DNA of 64,000 nucleotides from Rebecca billardiae RCC1528 (GCA_965240325.2 OZ251223.1:2294001-2358000); one strand, 5' to 3'; numbered from the stretch's first letter, positions 21,620 through 32,544 are shown. The notes: a model not told the origin generated them from the sequence alone. Numbers and translations: made by a program.

Positions 21620-21833
21620 ATGTCACAGCAGATGTACGTGCGCATCAAGCGCAAGAACCAGACGACCTTCATGTACGTGGAGCCCTCAGACAGCGTCGAG
21701 GCCGTGAAGGGCAAGATCGAGGGCATCATGAAGGTGCCCGCCTCCGAGATGCGGCTATTCATCTACTCGGAGATGGAGCCCGACGCCGCAGGTCATGTCC
21801 GACAAGGACACGCTGGAGAAGCTCAAGCAGTGA
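21620..21833 (+). pseudogene. Elongin-B-like ubiquitin-fold fragment with a frameshift
   Basis: MYVRIKRKNQTTFMYVEPSDSVEAVKGKIEGIMKVPASEMRLF, then VMSDKDTLEKLK in another frame, followed by an early stop. Confidence 0.7.
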
Positions 21834-22149
21834 TCGACATATTGTGATGACATCATATCGCGACGATCTATAGAGATGCCGCATGATGGATACGTACGAG
21901 ATTGACGCCAATGATGACTACTTTACCGAGTAGCTAAAGTACGCAGTACTACTAGTAGTATTAGATGATGACTCGGGCGTCACCTGTCTCGCCTGCCTCC
22001 AGCCTCACGGGACCACTGCACGTCGTCCTCTGCCGCGCGCAGCGTGATCAAGACCACACAGCAGGAGCCTGCGGTCGTCTGCGAGAGAGGGTCGGGTGTG
22101 TGGGGCCGCCTCGTGGCGAGACCGTCTGCGGTGAAGGCAACACGTCCGC

Positions 22150-23418
22150 ATGGCGAGGTGCCTGCGTGGCGCGGAGGCGCGGTCATCGCGCGCGCAGCGC
22201 CGCCTGCGGGCATGGCTGGCCTTGTGGCACGCCTGCGCGGCGTCGTGCGCCGAGCCTCTCGTCGAGCTGCCCGACGGCCACCTAGTGGTCGCCCTGTCCG
22301 ACGCCACTGTCCCGCTCCGCCCCGGCGGCGACGTGTACGTGTGCGCGCTCGCTCGGATCGGGGCGGCCGTGCTCAAGCGGCACGGCCCGCTCGTCACCAG
22401 CGGCCAGTTCGCGACGTTTACGCGGACGCCCGAGACGCACGCGTACGTGCACCACATCACCATCTTGGAGTGTCCGGCCCGATGGGCCCGCAAGCCCAAC
22501 GGGTACGAGAACGCCACGCACTTCCCGTGCGCGCTCTCGCCGCTGCGGCTGGGCTGCCCGACTGAGTGGGTCAACTCGGACGGGCAGACGGCGGACGTGA
22601 TGCCCGCGGGGTACGGCCAGCCCGTGCCCGCGCTCGCGCTGATCCAGGTGCACTTCAAGGCACCCGCGGGCACCTCGCGCGCCCTCACGCTCCGCGACTC
22701 GACCGGACTGCGCGTGCCTGTGCAGCCGCGCGGCCGGCTGCGCGAGGCGGCTCTGCTCGGGGTCGGCTCACGCACGGGCATGCTCCACGTGCCGCCCGGC
22801 GAGGCGGCGTACCGCGTGAGCTCCGTGTGCGCGGCGCGGTGCATCGCGCGCGCGCTCGCCTCCGCGCGCGCCGACCACTTCGACATCCTGCGCGTCTCGA
22901 GCCACATGCACCGGCTGGGCGTCAAGACCGCCGCTGAGATCGTGCACGCGGACGGCAGCGCGACGCCACTCATGGTCGAGACGGACGCGCTCGCGCTGCG
23001 CGACGCGGACGGGCGGTTCAAGGCGCCGACGCCGCCACTCGCGCGGCCGGTGCGGCTGCGTGCCACCGACGCGCTGCAGGTGACCTGCGTGTACGACAGC
23101 CGCGCGCGCACGCGCGAGACCCGGCTGGGCGTCCCGTTCTGGACCCACGAGATGTGCTACGCGTTTGTCCTGCTCACGCCCGCAGCGCCGCGCTTCTCCT
23201 CGTGCCAGCACTTCAACTGGGACGCGACGTCGAACAGGGGGCTGCGGCAGGTACCCTCGGCGCCGTGCTGGGCGATGTGCCAGGACGGCGAGGCGTGGAA
23301 GTCCGCGCTGGTCAAGAACAGCACCTTCGTGCTGAGTCGTCGCCGCTTCACGACACAGGTATGGATACATAGGACGGCGCAGCTGGACTCTCCAGTGATG
23401 ATGATTATGGTTGTATAA
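22150..23418 (+). CDS. Copper type II ascorbate-dependent monooxygenase (DBH/MOXD1/PHM-like); 3' end uncertain
   Basis: CuH ligands VHHI and LIQVHF, CuM ligands SHMH and HEMC, plus LQVTCVYDS and a hydrophobic N-terminal segment. Confidence 0.85.
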   Translation: MARCLRGAEARSSRAQRRLRAWLALWHACAASCAEPLVELPDGHLVVALSDATVPLRPGGDVYVCALARIGAAVLKRHGPLVTSGQFATFTRTPETHAYVHHITILECPARWARKPNGYENATHFPCALSPLRLGCPTEWVNSDGQTADVMPAGYGQPVPALALIQVHFKAPAGTSRALTLRDSTGLRVPVQPRGRLREAALLGVGSRTGMLHVPPGEAAYRVSSVCAARCIARALASARADHFDILRVSSHMHRLGVKTAAEIVHADGSATPLMVETDALALRDADGRFKAPTPPLARPVRLRATDALQVTCVYDSRARTRETRLGVPFWTHEMCYAFVLLTPAAPRFSSCQHFNWDATSNRGLRQVPSAPCWAMCQDGEAWKSALVKNSTFVLSRRRFTTQVWIHRTAQLDSPVMMIMVV

Positions 23419-23763
23419 CCGCTCGGTTATGCGGGTATAACTCACCGGTAGCCCTCATGAGGGCGGGCTGGCAGCCAGGGTCCGGCTGCCTGGAGGTTTT
23501 CCGGTCGTCAAGCCGAGCCAGGCCCGGATTGGGCGCGGGTCTGGATTTGCTCAGCAGCTGCTCGGCAAGCGATGCGCGTCTGGGTGCGGCCGCGCTCGCT
23601 GGCTGCACCCGCGGCGCTGCGGCCGGCGTGGCTGCTCTGGTCACCGCTGGCGCTGGTGGCTGCTCCTCCTCTGGGAGTTGTTTCTTCCAGGTGCGTGTGC
23701 GTCGGCGGTAGGCCGCCCTCAGCCCTCGCTCTCTCCACTCGTGCCGACCTGCCCTGCTTGCTC

Positions 23764-23951
23764 TCTGCTTTCGATGGGGGCGCCTCGGAGCCGCTTCGAG
23801 GCGTCCCCGTCTGCAATCTTCTCATGCTCTATCTGCTTTCGATGGGGGCGCCTCGGAACCGCTTCGAGGCGTCCCCGTCTGCAATCTATCTTCTCATGCT
23901 CTGCTTTCGATGGGGGTGCCTCGGAACCGCTTCGAGGCGTCCCCGTCTGCA
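23764..23951 (+). repeat. About 2.8 tandem copies of a 68-bp unit, each containing a 17-bp hairpin
   Basis: Units start at 23764, 23832 and 23900. Core sequence is GATGGGGGCGCCTCGGA-N5-TTCGAGGCGTCCCCGTC. Confidence 0.9.
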
Positions 23952-24004
23952 TATATTCGTCGTGGGATCCTTGTGAAGCCAGAGGCCACTCGAGCGACTT
24001 CGTG

Positions 24005-25016
24005 TCAGGCGAGGCAGATCGCGCCAGTGCGAGGCGAGGCAGACGCTCTCGCCTGCCTCGCCCAGCAGGCGAGGCAGCTAAGCTAGTAAAGCCGCGGCCG
24101 AACTTTACGAAAGCCAAATGTCTGCCGGTGCGCCGCCCGTCTTTGCGCACGGTGACAAGGGCGCGCGAGGGCGCTTCCTCACGATCCCGAAGAGCGCTGC
24201 GCGCGGCGTCGCGTTGGCGGCGGCAGCGGCGCTGGGGTGTATCTTGCCCATTCTGCTTGGCGGTGCGCGCTCATGACGCCTCGGCCGCCGCCACGCCATG
24301 CGCGACCGGGCGTGTCGCCTTCTTGACGGGCAGTGCACACGCCCTTGCAAGCGCACAGCCGTGAAGAGCCGAGAGCGTCCGTCGCGCGCACGCCGCCCAC
24401 GCGGGATGAGGTTTCAGGACTATTCGTATGACACTGAGCGATCGCGCTCTGGCATGTGCGAGCCATGATGACCATGGGTAGCAACTACGATGACCACTGC
24501 TCACCTGCATTTCAGCCGATGACATCCTCTCGTTCAGCGATCTTGACTGCTCTGAACGCATGGCGAACTCGGCGGAGCGCATGGGCAAGGTGGCTTCGTT
24601 GATAACACAAAGCATCCCGCGTGGGCGGCGTGCGCGCGACGGACGCTCTCGGCTCTTCACGGCTGTGCGCTTGCAAGGGCGTGTGCACTGCCCGTCAAGA
24701 AGGCGACACGCCCGGTCGCGCATGGCGTGGCGGCGGCCGAGGCGTCATGAGCGCGCACCGCCAAGCAGAATGGGCAAGATACACCCCAGCGCCGCTGCCG
24801 CCGCCAACGCGACGCCGCGCGCAGCGCTCTTCGGGATCGTGAGGAAGCGCCCTCGCGCGCCCTTGTCACCGTGCGCAAAGACGGGCGGCGCACCGGCAGA
24901 CATTTGGCTTTCGTAAAGTTCGGCCGCGGCTTTACTAGCTTAGCTGCCTCGCCTGCTGGGCGAGGCAGGCGAGAGCGTCTGCCTCGCCTCGCACTGGCGC
25001 GATCTGCCTCGCCTGA
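24005..25016. repeat. Long inverted repeat: 404-bp arms (24005-24408 / 24613-25016) around a 204-bp spacer
   Basis: The arms read as reverse complements, and identical peptides appear on opposite strands in the ORF track. The repeat extends imperfectly to ~23981/25040. Confidence 0.95.
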
Positions 25017-25087
25017 TCAACACGAAGTGTCGAGCGCCTCAGCCATCAATTACCGCCCTTGGTCAGTTGCCATCAACCTTGTGCAAG

Positions 25088-25095
25088 CTATAATA
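25088..25095 (+). promoter_or_regulatory. Possible TATA-like element for the Hog gene
   Basis: CTATAATA lies ~45 bp upstream of ATG 25135 in an otherwise GC-rich context. Confidence 0.3.
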
Positions 25096-25134
25096 GTAGT
25101 AGCAGAAGCCCCCCACTCCAGACCCGTGCACCCG

Positions 25135-26547
25135 ATGACGACGGCAACGCCTCTGCGCGCGCTCCAGGCTGTCGCCTTCCTCCTGTCGACGGGCGGAGTG
25201 TCAGCCGACCCTGGCTTAGTTCCGCCCATCTCGCCGCCCTCGCCGATCGTCCCGCCCTCGCCGATCGTCCCGCCCTCGCCGATCGTCCCGCCCTCGCCGA
25301 TCGTCCCGCCCTCGCCGATCGTCCCGCCCTCGCCGATCGTCCCGCCCTCGCCGATCGTCCCGCCCTCGCCGATCGTCCCGCCCTCGCCGATCGTCCCGCC
25401 CTCGCCGATCGTCCCGCCCTCGCCGATCGTCCCGCCCTCGCCGATCGTCCCGCCCTCGCCGATCGTCCCGCCCTCGCCGGTCGTCCCGCCCTCGCCGATC
25501 GTCCCGCCCTCACCCCCGCAATGCATCGGGTACCGAGACTTTGGCTGCACACAGGATGCGGACTGCTGCGGCATCAACTCCTGCGGAAAGAAGGATTGGT
25601 TTTGGTCCGGTGGTTGCTCTTGTGCAACCGTCGATGGAGGCGTTGAATTTCAAGACCGCACTGGTCGACCCTGCACTGACTTGTGCGCGTTTGACCACTG
25701 CGCTCCTGTATACGAGTTCCGCTGCTTCCCGGCGGACGCAACCGTGACCACGCCTGCTGGGCCGAAGCGCATGGACGCGCTTGCGGCCGGCGACCAAGTC
25801 CTGGTGGACGGCAGCGGGACGTTCTCTGCCGTGTATGCCGTCGCGCACAACGACACGCGCGCGGATGTGCTGTACCAGATGGTGCGCGTCGAGCTCGCGT
25901 CCGGCCACGTCCTCGAGCTCACTGAAGACCACTACGCGCTCGCCGACGGCGCGTACGTCGCGGCGCGCGACCTCCGCGCCGGGATGCGGATGCGCGTCGC
26001 GGCAGCTGCTAAGATGGAGGAGAAGGAGGGGGCGTGTGTGGACGCGCTCGTGACGGCGACGAGCGCCGTCTTCAAGGCTGGCATGTATGCGCCGCTCACC
26101 CTCCACGGCAACATCGTCGTCAACGGCGTCGTCGCCTCCTCGTACACGACCCTGCTGGCGCATGCGCTGCCGCCTGCGCTCCGCTCGGGCACGTTCGTGA
26201 ATGGCCTCACTCATCTGATGTGCGCCCCGCTGCGCGCGCTGTACGCGCTCGACCCGGCGTTCCTCGAGCGCGTGATGGCGATCGTGGAGCGCACGGACTC
26301 GGGCGGCTTCAACCCGTACGCGCTCGCTGGCCCGGGCACGCTCCTGTCGCTCAAGAAGGCGGTGGACGTGACGACCTTTGCCGCGCTGCCGCCGCCGTGC
26401 GCGCTGTGCCGCGTGCTCGCGCTCGGCCTTGCGCACGTCTGGCTCGCGAGCGCCGGCGCTGCGGCCGTGTCTGGCGCGGCCATGTCAACCTTGGGCGCGC
26501 TCGGCGCCGACGCCATGCACGCGGTGCTGGCCGCCGCGTCCGGCTAG
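25135..26547 (+). CDS. Secreted Pro-rich (extensin/pherophorin-like) protein with a Cys-rich module and a C-terminal Hint/Hog autoprocessing domain
   Basis: Signal peptide MTTATPLRALQAVAFLLSTGGVSA, (PPSPIV)x15, and a ten-Cys module. Hint motifs CFPADATV..KRMDALAAGDQVLV, LTEDH and GMYAPLTLHGNIVVNGVVASSY, followed by the SRR-like HLMCAPLRALY. Confidence 0.9.
   Translation: MTTATPLRALQAVAFLLSTGGVSADPGLVPPISPPSPIVPPSPIVPPSPIVPPSPIVPPSPIVPPSPIVPPSPIVPPSPIVPPSPIVPPSPIVPPSPIVPPSPIVPPSPIVPPSPVVPPSPIVPPSPPQCIGYRDFGCTQDADCCGINSCGKKDWFWSGGCSCATVDGGVEFQDRTGRPCTDLCAFDHCAPVYEFRCFPADATVTTPAGPKRMDALAAGDQVLVDGSGTFSAVYAVAHNDTRADVLYQMVRVELASGHVLELTEDHYALADGAYVAARDLRAGMRMRVAAAAKMEEKEGACVDALVTATSAVFKAGMYAPLTLHGNIVVNGVVASSYTTLLAHALPPALRSGTFVNGLTHLMCAPLRALYALDPAFLERVMAIVERTDSGGFNPYALAGPGTLLSLKKAVDVTTFAALPPPCALCRVLALGLAHVWLASAGAAAVSGAAMSTLGALGADAMHAVLAAASG
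25234..25511 (+). repeat. 18-bp coding tandem repeat CCGCCCTCGCCGATCGTC, ~15.4 copies
   Basis: Direct reading; one variant copy (GTC for ATC). Confidence 0.97.
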
Positions 26548-28121
26548 GCTGACGAGGCGACCAGCACCGCGTGCGCCGCGCCCACATGCATTTGTCCCCC
26601 CGGCGGCGTGCACGGGCGGCGCGCGAGCGGCACGTGGCTCGCCGCAGCTCGCCGCCGGCCACCAGGCGAGCCGCTCCCCTGGGCGCATCGGCCCACCTCC
26701 TCGTGCCGCGTTGCTCGCCGCGGGCGCACCGGCGGGCGCGCAGGCGACTGTAAGCATAGCGCGACCGAGGGCGGCTCACCTTGCGCACGCCGCGCTGCCA
26801 ATTTTTCATTCCTCTAGTTCCCCCGGCGGCGCGGGGCGCCGCGGCACGGGCCGCGCAGGCGCACGATTACGGATTAGCCATCGGACCAACCTATCATAGC
26901 TGTCCTATCGCACGCGGCACATTCGCTTGTTCATACGAGCCACGCGCGCGCGGCGTAGCGAGAGCATGCCCCTAGTCGCGGCGCAGTACGAGCATAGCCT
27001 ACCAGCCTACCAGCAGCCTACCAGACCGTGAGCACGCCGAGTGTCAGCCCGCACTGCAGTCAGCAGTCAGAGCAGTGACTGCGGGCGGTGTCTACAGAGT
27101 ACAGGCCGCAGGCGGCCACCCCGGCGCGGTCGAACCGTCCCGGCTGCCTACTCACTACGCGTATATAGATCGACCAGCAGCCCGCAATACCAAGTACCAC
27201 CCGCGCGGCCGCTACCGCGCAGCGGACGACACTTTGACTCGGCCTGTAAGTGTCGGCTCAGCGCAGCAGGCAGCAGCGGCACGCGGTGCGGGACGCCACG
27301 GTCCCGTGCAGAGCAGCTGCTGCGGCATTTCGCACGCCCACGTCCAGCGGGCGCAGAAGCTCGAGCAGCGGCCCCCGGCTAGGCGATCGAGCGCTGAGCA
27401 GCCGCCACGTACCGCCCCACGTGCCCGGCTGCTCATATGTTGCTGAACGGTATTTAACCTGATGAAATCAAACGAGGGATGCAGAATGGGCCCACCAGCT
27501 TGGTGAGCAGTGGTTACGACCGAGGGCGCCCCGCGCATAATTGTCCTGAGAGCGCAGAACCCGTTGCTCACAGAGATCAGCACACGGATGGCCACACCGG
27601 ACAACCTCGTTGAAGAATGAAGTCTGTCGTGACCCGCACCAGCTGCAGCAGTGAGTGCAGAGTGTCCGCGCCGCAGAGCCTTATTCTGAGTGCTGGCCAC
27701 CGAGTGGCCGGGCGCGGCTGCGGCGGCCGCTGGCCAGCCGCTTCCGAAGGCGCTTTCGCATCATGCGCCGGGATCAGCTCAGAGCCGATGAGCCTGCCCA
27801 GTGAGAAGCCTTTGACTAGTTTGACTCGGACTCGGCCCCTGGCTCCGCGCTCGCCGCACTCGCGCCCGATGACAGTCGCGGAGCCTGAGTCCGTCAGTCT
27901 GGCACTGTAAATCAACGGTGATAATCACTGTTCGGAGCAGATTCATGACTCGAGTCATCATCAGGCTGCAGAAAGCCTGTCAGCTGGCTCGGTGACAAAC
28001 GCATATATATATATGCCAGCATGGACACGCGGGCAGGACAGCTAGCTGTGTTCGGCGCCCCCCGTCCCAGTGCCACTCTTCGTCGGAGTCTTCCCGCACG
28101 GCCCGCGCGGCGGTACGGGCA

Positions 28122-29990
28122 CTAGGCGAAGGCGCGTGACGCCGATTCGCGCTCCTTGCGGCGCTTCTTCGTCTGCTGGCGCTTCTTGTTCTTCAGCTTC
28201 TTCTCCTTCGCGAGCGCCTTGCGCTGCTTCCTGCTGCCGACGCTCGGGTCAGCCGCCGGGGCCGACGGCGTCGCCGACGCGCGCTCAGGCCCGCCCGCAT
28301 CACTAAGCCTCTGCCGCTTGCGCGCCCTGCCGATCAGGCCACCCCGGCCGGCTTCGGAGGCGGCGGGCGCACCCTCCGCCTCGCCCTCCTCGCCCTCGGT
28401 GTCAGACGCCGACGTGTCCACGACGAAGACGGTGCCGGCGCGCTGGACCGCGCTCGCCGGCCTGCCGTCCTGCATGCTGCTGCCCTCGTCGTCGCTCCCC
28501 TCGTCCTCATCCGTCTCTAAGCCGAGCCACTCCGCTGCGCCACGGCCCAAGGCGGCAGGCGCGCTCAGGCGCCGCTGCCGCGCCGGCGCCGCGTCGGCGC
28601 CGTGAGCACTCGCGCCGCGCTCGCCATCGCTGTCGGTGGCAGCGCGAGCCAGGCGCCCGCGTCCGCCGATGCTTGGCATAGGCGGCGGCGGCACGCTGAG
28701 CGGCGGCTCCTTCGGCGTCCCATCCGCCTCGAACTTGCGCTCGAAGCGCTCGGCCATGGCGGCGCGCACGCCGTCGTCGTAGATGACTCCGAGCAGCGCG
28801 AGCGGCACGCGCCCTCCCGCGCGAGCGCCACCCGCGCGGCTCGCAGCTCGACCGCTGTCGTCCATCGCACGGCGCAGCATGAAGTACGACTGGGAGAACG
28901 CGCGGCGGACGGCGCCGATGTTGTACGCACCCTTGCCCACGTCCACGTCCCTGTCGAGCGGCGACTCGAGCGCCAGCATGTGTGGCCGCTCGCGGTCGAG
29001 CCAGCCCGGCCGGCTCGCCTTGGCAAAGAAGCCGCAGCCGTGCCGCAGGCTCACGCCCGCCGTGCGGTAGTTGAGCTTGAGGCCGTACAGCTCGAAGAAG
29101 TCGAGGAGCGCCGAGCCGAGCGAGTGCTCCGAGGAGGGCGGCGCCGCCGCCCCGCCGCCCACCGCGCGCGTGCTGCGCGAGGCGCCGAGCGGGTTGAGCT
29201 GGAGCGAGGCGGCCACCATCAGCTGCAGCAGGAACGAGCCGACGCCGCCGTTGTACGTCTCGTGCAGCCCGCGGCGCTGCAGCCAGAGCTTGAGCACGAG
29301 GACGAGGTAGCGGAACGCCGGCAGCGTGCGCGCATACGAGCGCATCAGCTCCGTCGACTCCTCGCCCGACTCGCTGTCGAGCGTGAGGTCGATCGAGAGC
29401 AGGTGCGTCTCGTCGACAAAGCGGATGATCGGCACGCGCGCCGACGCGATCACCTCGAGCTCGAAGCCGGCGTCCGCGTCCTCGCGCGCGAGGTCGGCAT
29501 CGCGGATCAGCTGTGCCACCTCGCGGAGCACGCGCTCCTTCACGCGCTTCGTCTCGCTGGTCGACAGCCTGCCGGCACCGTCGAGCGCCGCGATGCCGCG
29601 CACGGCCACGTCCACGTCAGACGTCGGCAGGTACAGGCCAGACGCAAAGGAGCCGAAGGCGACGACCTCCGCGCCGGGCCAGCGCATGGCGAGCGCGGCG
29701 CCGAGCAGCTCGATCGACTCGCGCCGCTCGGCATGCTCGCTCGCCGTCGCGGAGAAGGCGTCCCAGAAGTCGAGCACCTCCTCGTGCAGCCCGAGGAAGG
29801 CGTCGCTGCCGGCGTACGCGTGCCGCGGCGCCCAGATGCCGGCTAGCGTGCCCGGCGCGTCGGCGTCGGCGTCAGCCGCTTCGGCCTCGCCGGCTGCCCC
29901 CCCGGGGGGGGGCGGCTCCTCCTCGTCATCCGACGACGGGAGGGCGATGAACTCCTCAAGAGCCCCCAGCTGCGGCCTGGGGGCCGCCAT
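28122..29990 (-). CDS. TRF4: Non-canonical poly(A) polymerase TRF4/PAPD5-7 (TENT4) family
   Basis: FGSFASGLYLPTSDVDV, SARVPIIRF, LVLVLKLWLQRRGLHETYNGGVGSF, LGSALLDFFELYG, LALESPLD, and a basic NLS-like tail. Confidence 0.92.
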   Translation of the reverse strand: MAAPRPQLGALEEFIALPSSDDEEEPPPPGGAAGEAEAADADADAPGTLAGIWAPRHAYAGSDAFLGLHEEVLDFWDAFSATASEHAERRESIELLGAALAMRWPGAEVVAFGSFASGLYLPTSDVDVAVRGIAALDGAGRLSTSETKRVKERVLREVAQLIRDADLAREDADAGFELEVIASARVPIIRFVDETHLLSIDLTLDSESGEESTELMRSYARTLPAFRYLVLVLKLWLQRRGLHETYNGGVGSFLLQLMVAASLQLNPLGASRSTRAVGGGAAAPPSSEHSLGSALLDFFELYGLKLNYRTAGVSLRHGCGFFAKASRPGWLDRERPHMLALESPLDRDVDVGKGAYNIGAVRRAFSQSYFMLRRAMDDSGRAASRAGGARAGGRVPLALLGVIYDDGVRAAMAERFERKFEADGTPKEPPLSVPPPPMPSIGGRGRLARAATDSDGERGASAHGADAAPARQRRLSAPAALGRGAAEWLGLETDEDEGSDDEGSSMQDGRPASAVQRAGTVFVVDTSASDTEGEEGEAEGAPAASEAGRGGLIGRARKRQRLSDAGGPERASATPSAPAADPSVGSRKQRKALAKEKKLKNKKRQQTKKRRKERESASRAFA

Positions 29991-30131
29991 CGCTGCCACG
30001 TGTCACGGATTTTTCCCAGCAGGGGCGGTACTGTACTTTCCTTGATTTCAGATTTGGCGCTCGGCGGACGCACGACGCACGGACGTGTCGAGCGCTCAAA
30101 TTCTGACGGCCATTGTAGCGTCGACGCCACA

Positions 30132-32544
30132 ATGTGGCAGGTGGTGCTGAGCGCTGCATGCGCGCACGATCGAGGACGATCCGCCCACACGGGCGGGAAG
30201 CAGGTGCTCCTCGAGCTGCCTAGTGGGTACTGTACTCGCGAGGTGCGCCCATTTGGCGTTCGCCTCGCGTCCACCGTCGCAGCCCAGCGCGCGCTGCGCG
30301 CGGACAACCATCTCCTCGACGCGCTGCGGCGGCACGCGTTTGGGGAGCTCCAGATGGACTCGGCGGCCATGCGTGCCTACCTGGATCAGATTTTGACCGT
30401 ACCTATCGTCATGTGGATCGTCGTGGCCCTCGCCGTGGCGCTGCTTCTGTGCGTGCTCTGGCTCAGCAGCCGGCAACCATCAGCGCAGCGTGTGGAGTCG
30501 AAAGCACGGCCGCGTGCAGGCGCGCGCACGTGGGCGACGACGGCATACGCCGTCTGTGTGATGGTCACTGTGGCGAGTGCCGTCACGGGTATGGTTGCCA
30601 CCCACCGCTTCACCGCCGCGGCGTCGCGCTCCGTGTGCGTCACCCTCGACACCGTGCAGCAGGCGCATGACGTCCTGCTGAGCTTCCACGCACCTGTGCG
30701 CCACCTCGAGGGCGCGGCAAACGTGGCGCTCGACTCAGCGGCCGTGCTCGTGGATGCCGCGTCCGATGCGCTTGACGATGCTGACCGAGTCGCCTTCTTC
30801 GTCGAGGATATCGCGGTGCGCGCCCTTGCGCGTCGGCAGCGTGGCACAAGCCTGCCCCGGCCATCAGCGAGGTGGCAGCTCACCCTCGGCGCGCCAACCT
30901 CGCGGCTGACCCGCCCACGCGTACTGGGCCTGCGCGCGGCGCGCTCCCGGCGCGCGCGAGCAGGCGAGTATGCGCGACCTGCGCCTCCCCGTCATCAGCA
31001 ACGTGCGCGCCATCCAGCAGCGCCTGAACCGCCCAGCCGAGCTCGCGCTCGACGGGCTGCGCAAGACGCGGGCGGGCATCGCCGCGCTCGACGAGTACCG
31101 CGCGCTGCTGGGCGTGCTGCTCGCGGACCGCTCGTGGCTGCGCCAGATCGCGTACATCGTCAACCTCGCGCTGGACTGGCTCGCCGCGATGGTCGGCGGC
31201 GTCTACGCGCGCACGGCGAGGGCCGCCCAGTCGAGGCTTCTCGTCGCGCAGCGGGGGGTCGTGCGGTTGACGCATACGGCGCTCGCCCTCGCAGCCCTCG
31301 TGGCCGTGCTGGGCGCCGTGCCTGTGCTTCTGGCGTGGCGCCGGCCGAGCGCGCGGAGCACGCGCTCCGTGCTCAGCAGCGCCTGCTTCGCGCACTGCGC
31401 GCAGGCCGCGCTCAGCTGCGCGCTCGGCGGCGCGCTGCTGAGCGGGAGCTACCTGCTGATGGATGCGTGCGAGCTGGGGCGCGACTTTGGCAAGCGGCCC
31501 GCCGCCTACTTCGCAGAGCCGCTGCTGCAGAACCTGACGAGCGCGTGCCTGCTGCGCCCCGCGCGGCCGATCATCGGCATGCTCGCCGCGCGCTTCGCCG
31601 GGCCGCAGGTCGCCCTCGCGCTCGCCGTGCTGCAGAGCACTTCGAGCTTTGGCGCCGAGCCCGCGCGCGATGCGATCGAGAAGGGCGAGGGCGGCGTGCA
31701 CGACGTCGGGCCGCGCAGCTACGCGCGGCATGTGCGCGGCGTGACGTGGCGCGACTTTGGGCTGCAGGAGGACCGAGACGACCTCGTCCAGCGCTGCTGC
31801 TCGCAGGGCGACCCGTCCGGGGCGGCGCAGGCCGACTGCGACGACGCGTGGCTGCGCAAGTCGTGCGCGGGCGCGCGGGAGCTGCTCAACGCCAACGACA
31901 CGATCCGACACACGCTGCAGGGCTGGCACGCACGCGCCAAGGGCATAGACGAGGCTCTCGCCGAGCTCAGCCTCGAGGCGCACGTCTATATGGACAGGCT
32001 CAGGCGCGCGAGCACGGTGCTGGAACCGCTCCGGGCGGCGCTCGACGAGGCGCTCGAGCTGGGGGACTGCGGCTTTGTGCGCGAGCGGTACCACTCCCTC
32101 AGCGGCGCCGCGTGTGCTGCGGCCATGCCCTCGCTCTTCTGGATGGCCGCTGCGCTGCTCGCGAGCGCGGCTGCGAGCATCGTCATGAGCGCAGCGCTTG
32201 TTGGCCTCGTCCGCATCTCCTGGGACCGGACCTATTGGCAGCAGCTGGCGCATGACGCAGATGCGCAGCTCGAGCGAGGCGCGCCCGGCAGCCTTGGCGG
32301 CAGCCGGCACGAGCCTCATGCGGATGCGACGCGCCTTGCTGGCGGTCGCGGAGGCACTCAGGCCAACGTCAGCATCGAGCTCGCAACAGGCACGCAGGCG
32401 CATCGGCACCCGGCGCAGCACCTGGCGCGTCCTGCCTCCTGGGCGTGCCTGCCCCTGTGTGTCGGGCGAGCTCCCCGCAGTGACGCGCGAAGGGATGCAG
32501 ACAAGAGTCACGACCGGTCGCTCCGCGCATCGGGCGCAGCTTGA
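30132..32544 (+). CDS. Five-TM membrane protein with prominin/tweety-like topology; intron 30816-30963
   Basis: 2TM - helical loop - 2TM - Cys-containing loop - 1TM layout. DCGFVRERY....AAC...SLFW precedes the last TM. A GT-AG intron joins the ORFs. Confidence 0.65.

Noticed and set aside
23764-23951. CRISPR-like array of palindromic repeats
   Set aside because: The linkers are near-identical rather than unique spacers, there are no cas genes, and the context is eukaryotic.
24871-25134. N-terminal extension of the Hog protein given in the ORF track
   Set aside because: It derives from the inverted-repeat arm; ATG 25135 gives a proper signal peptide.
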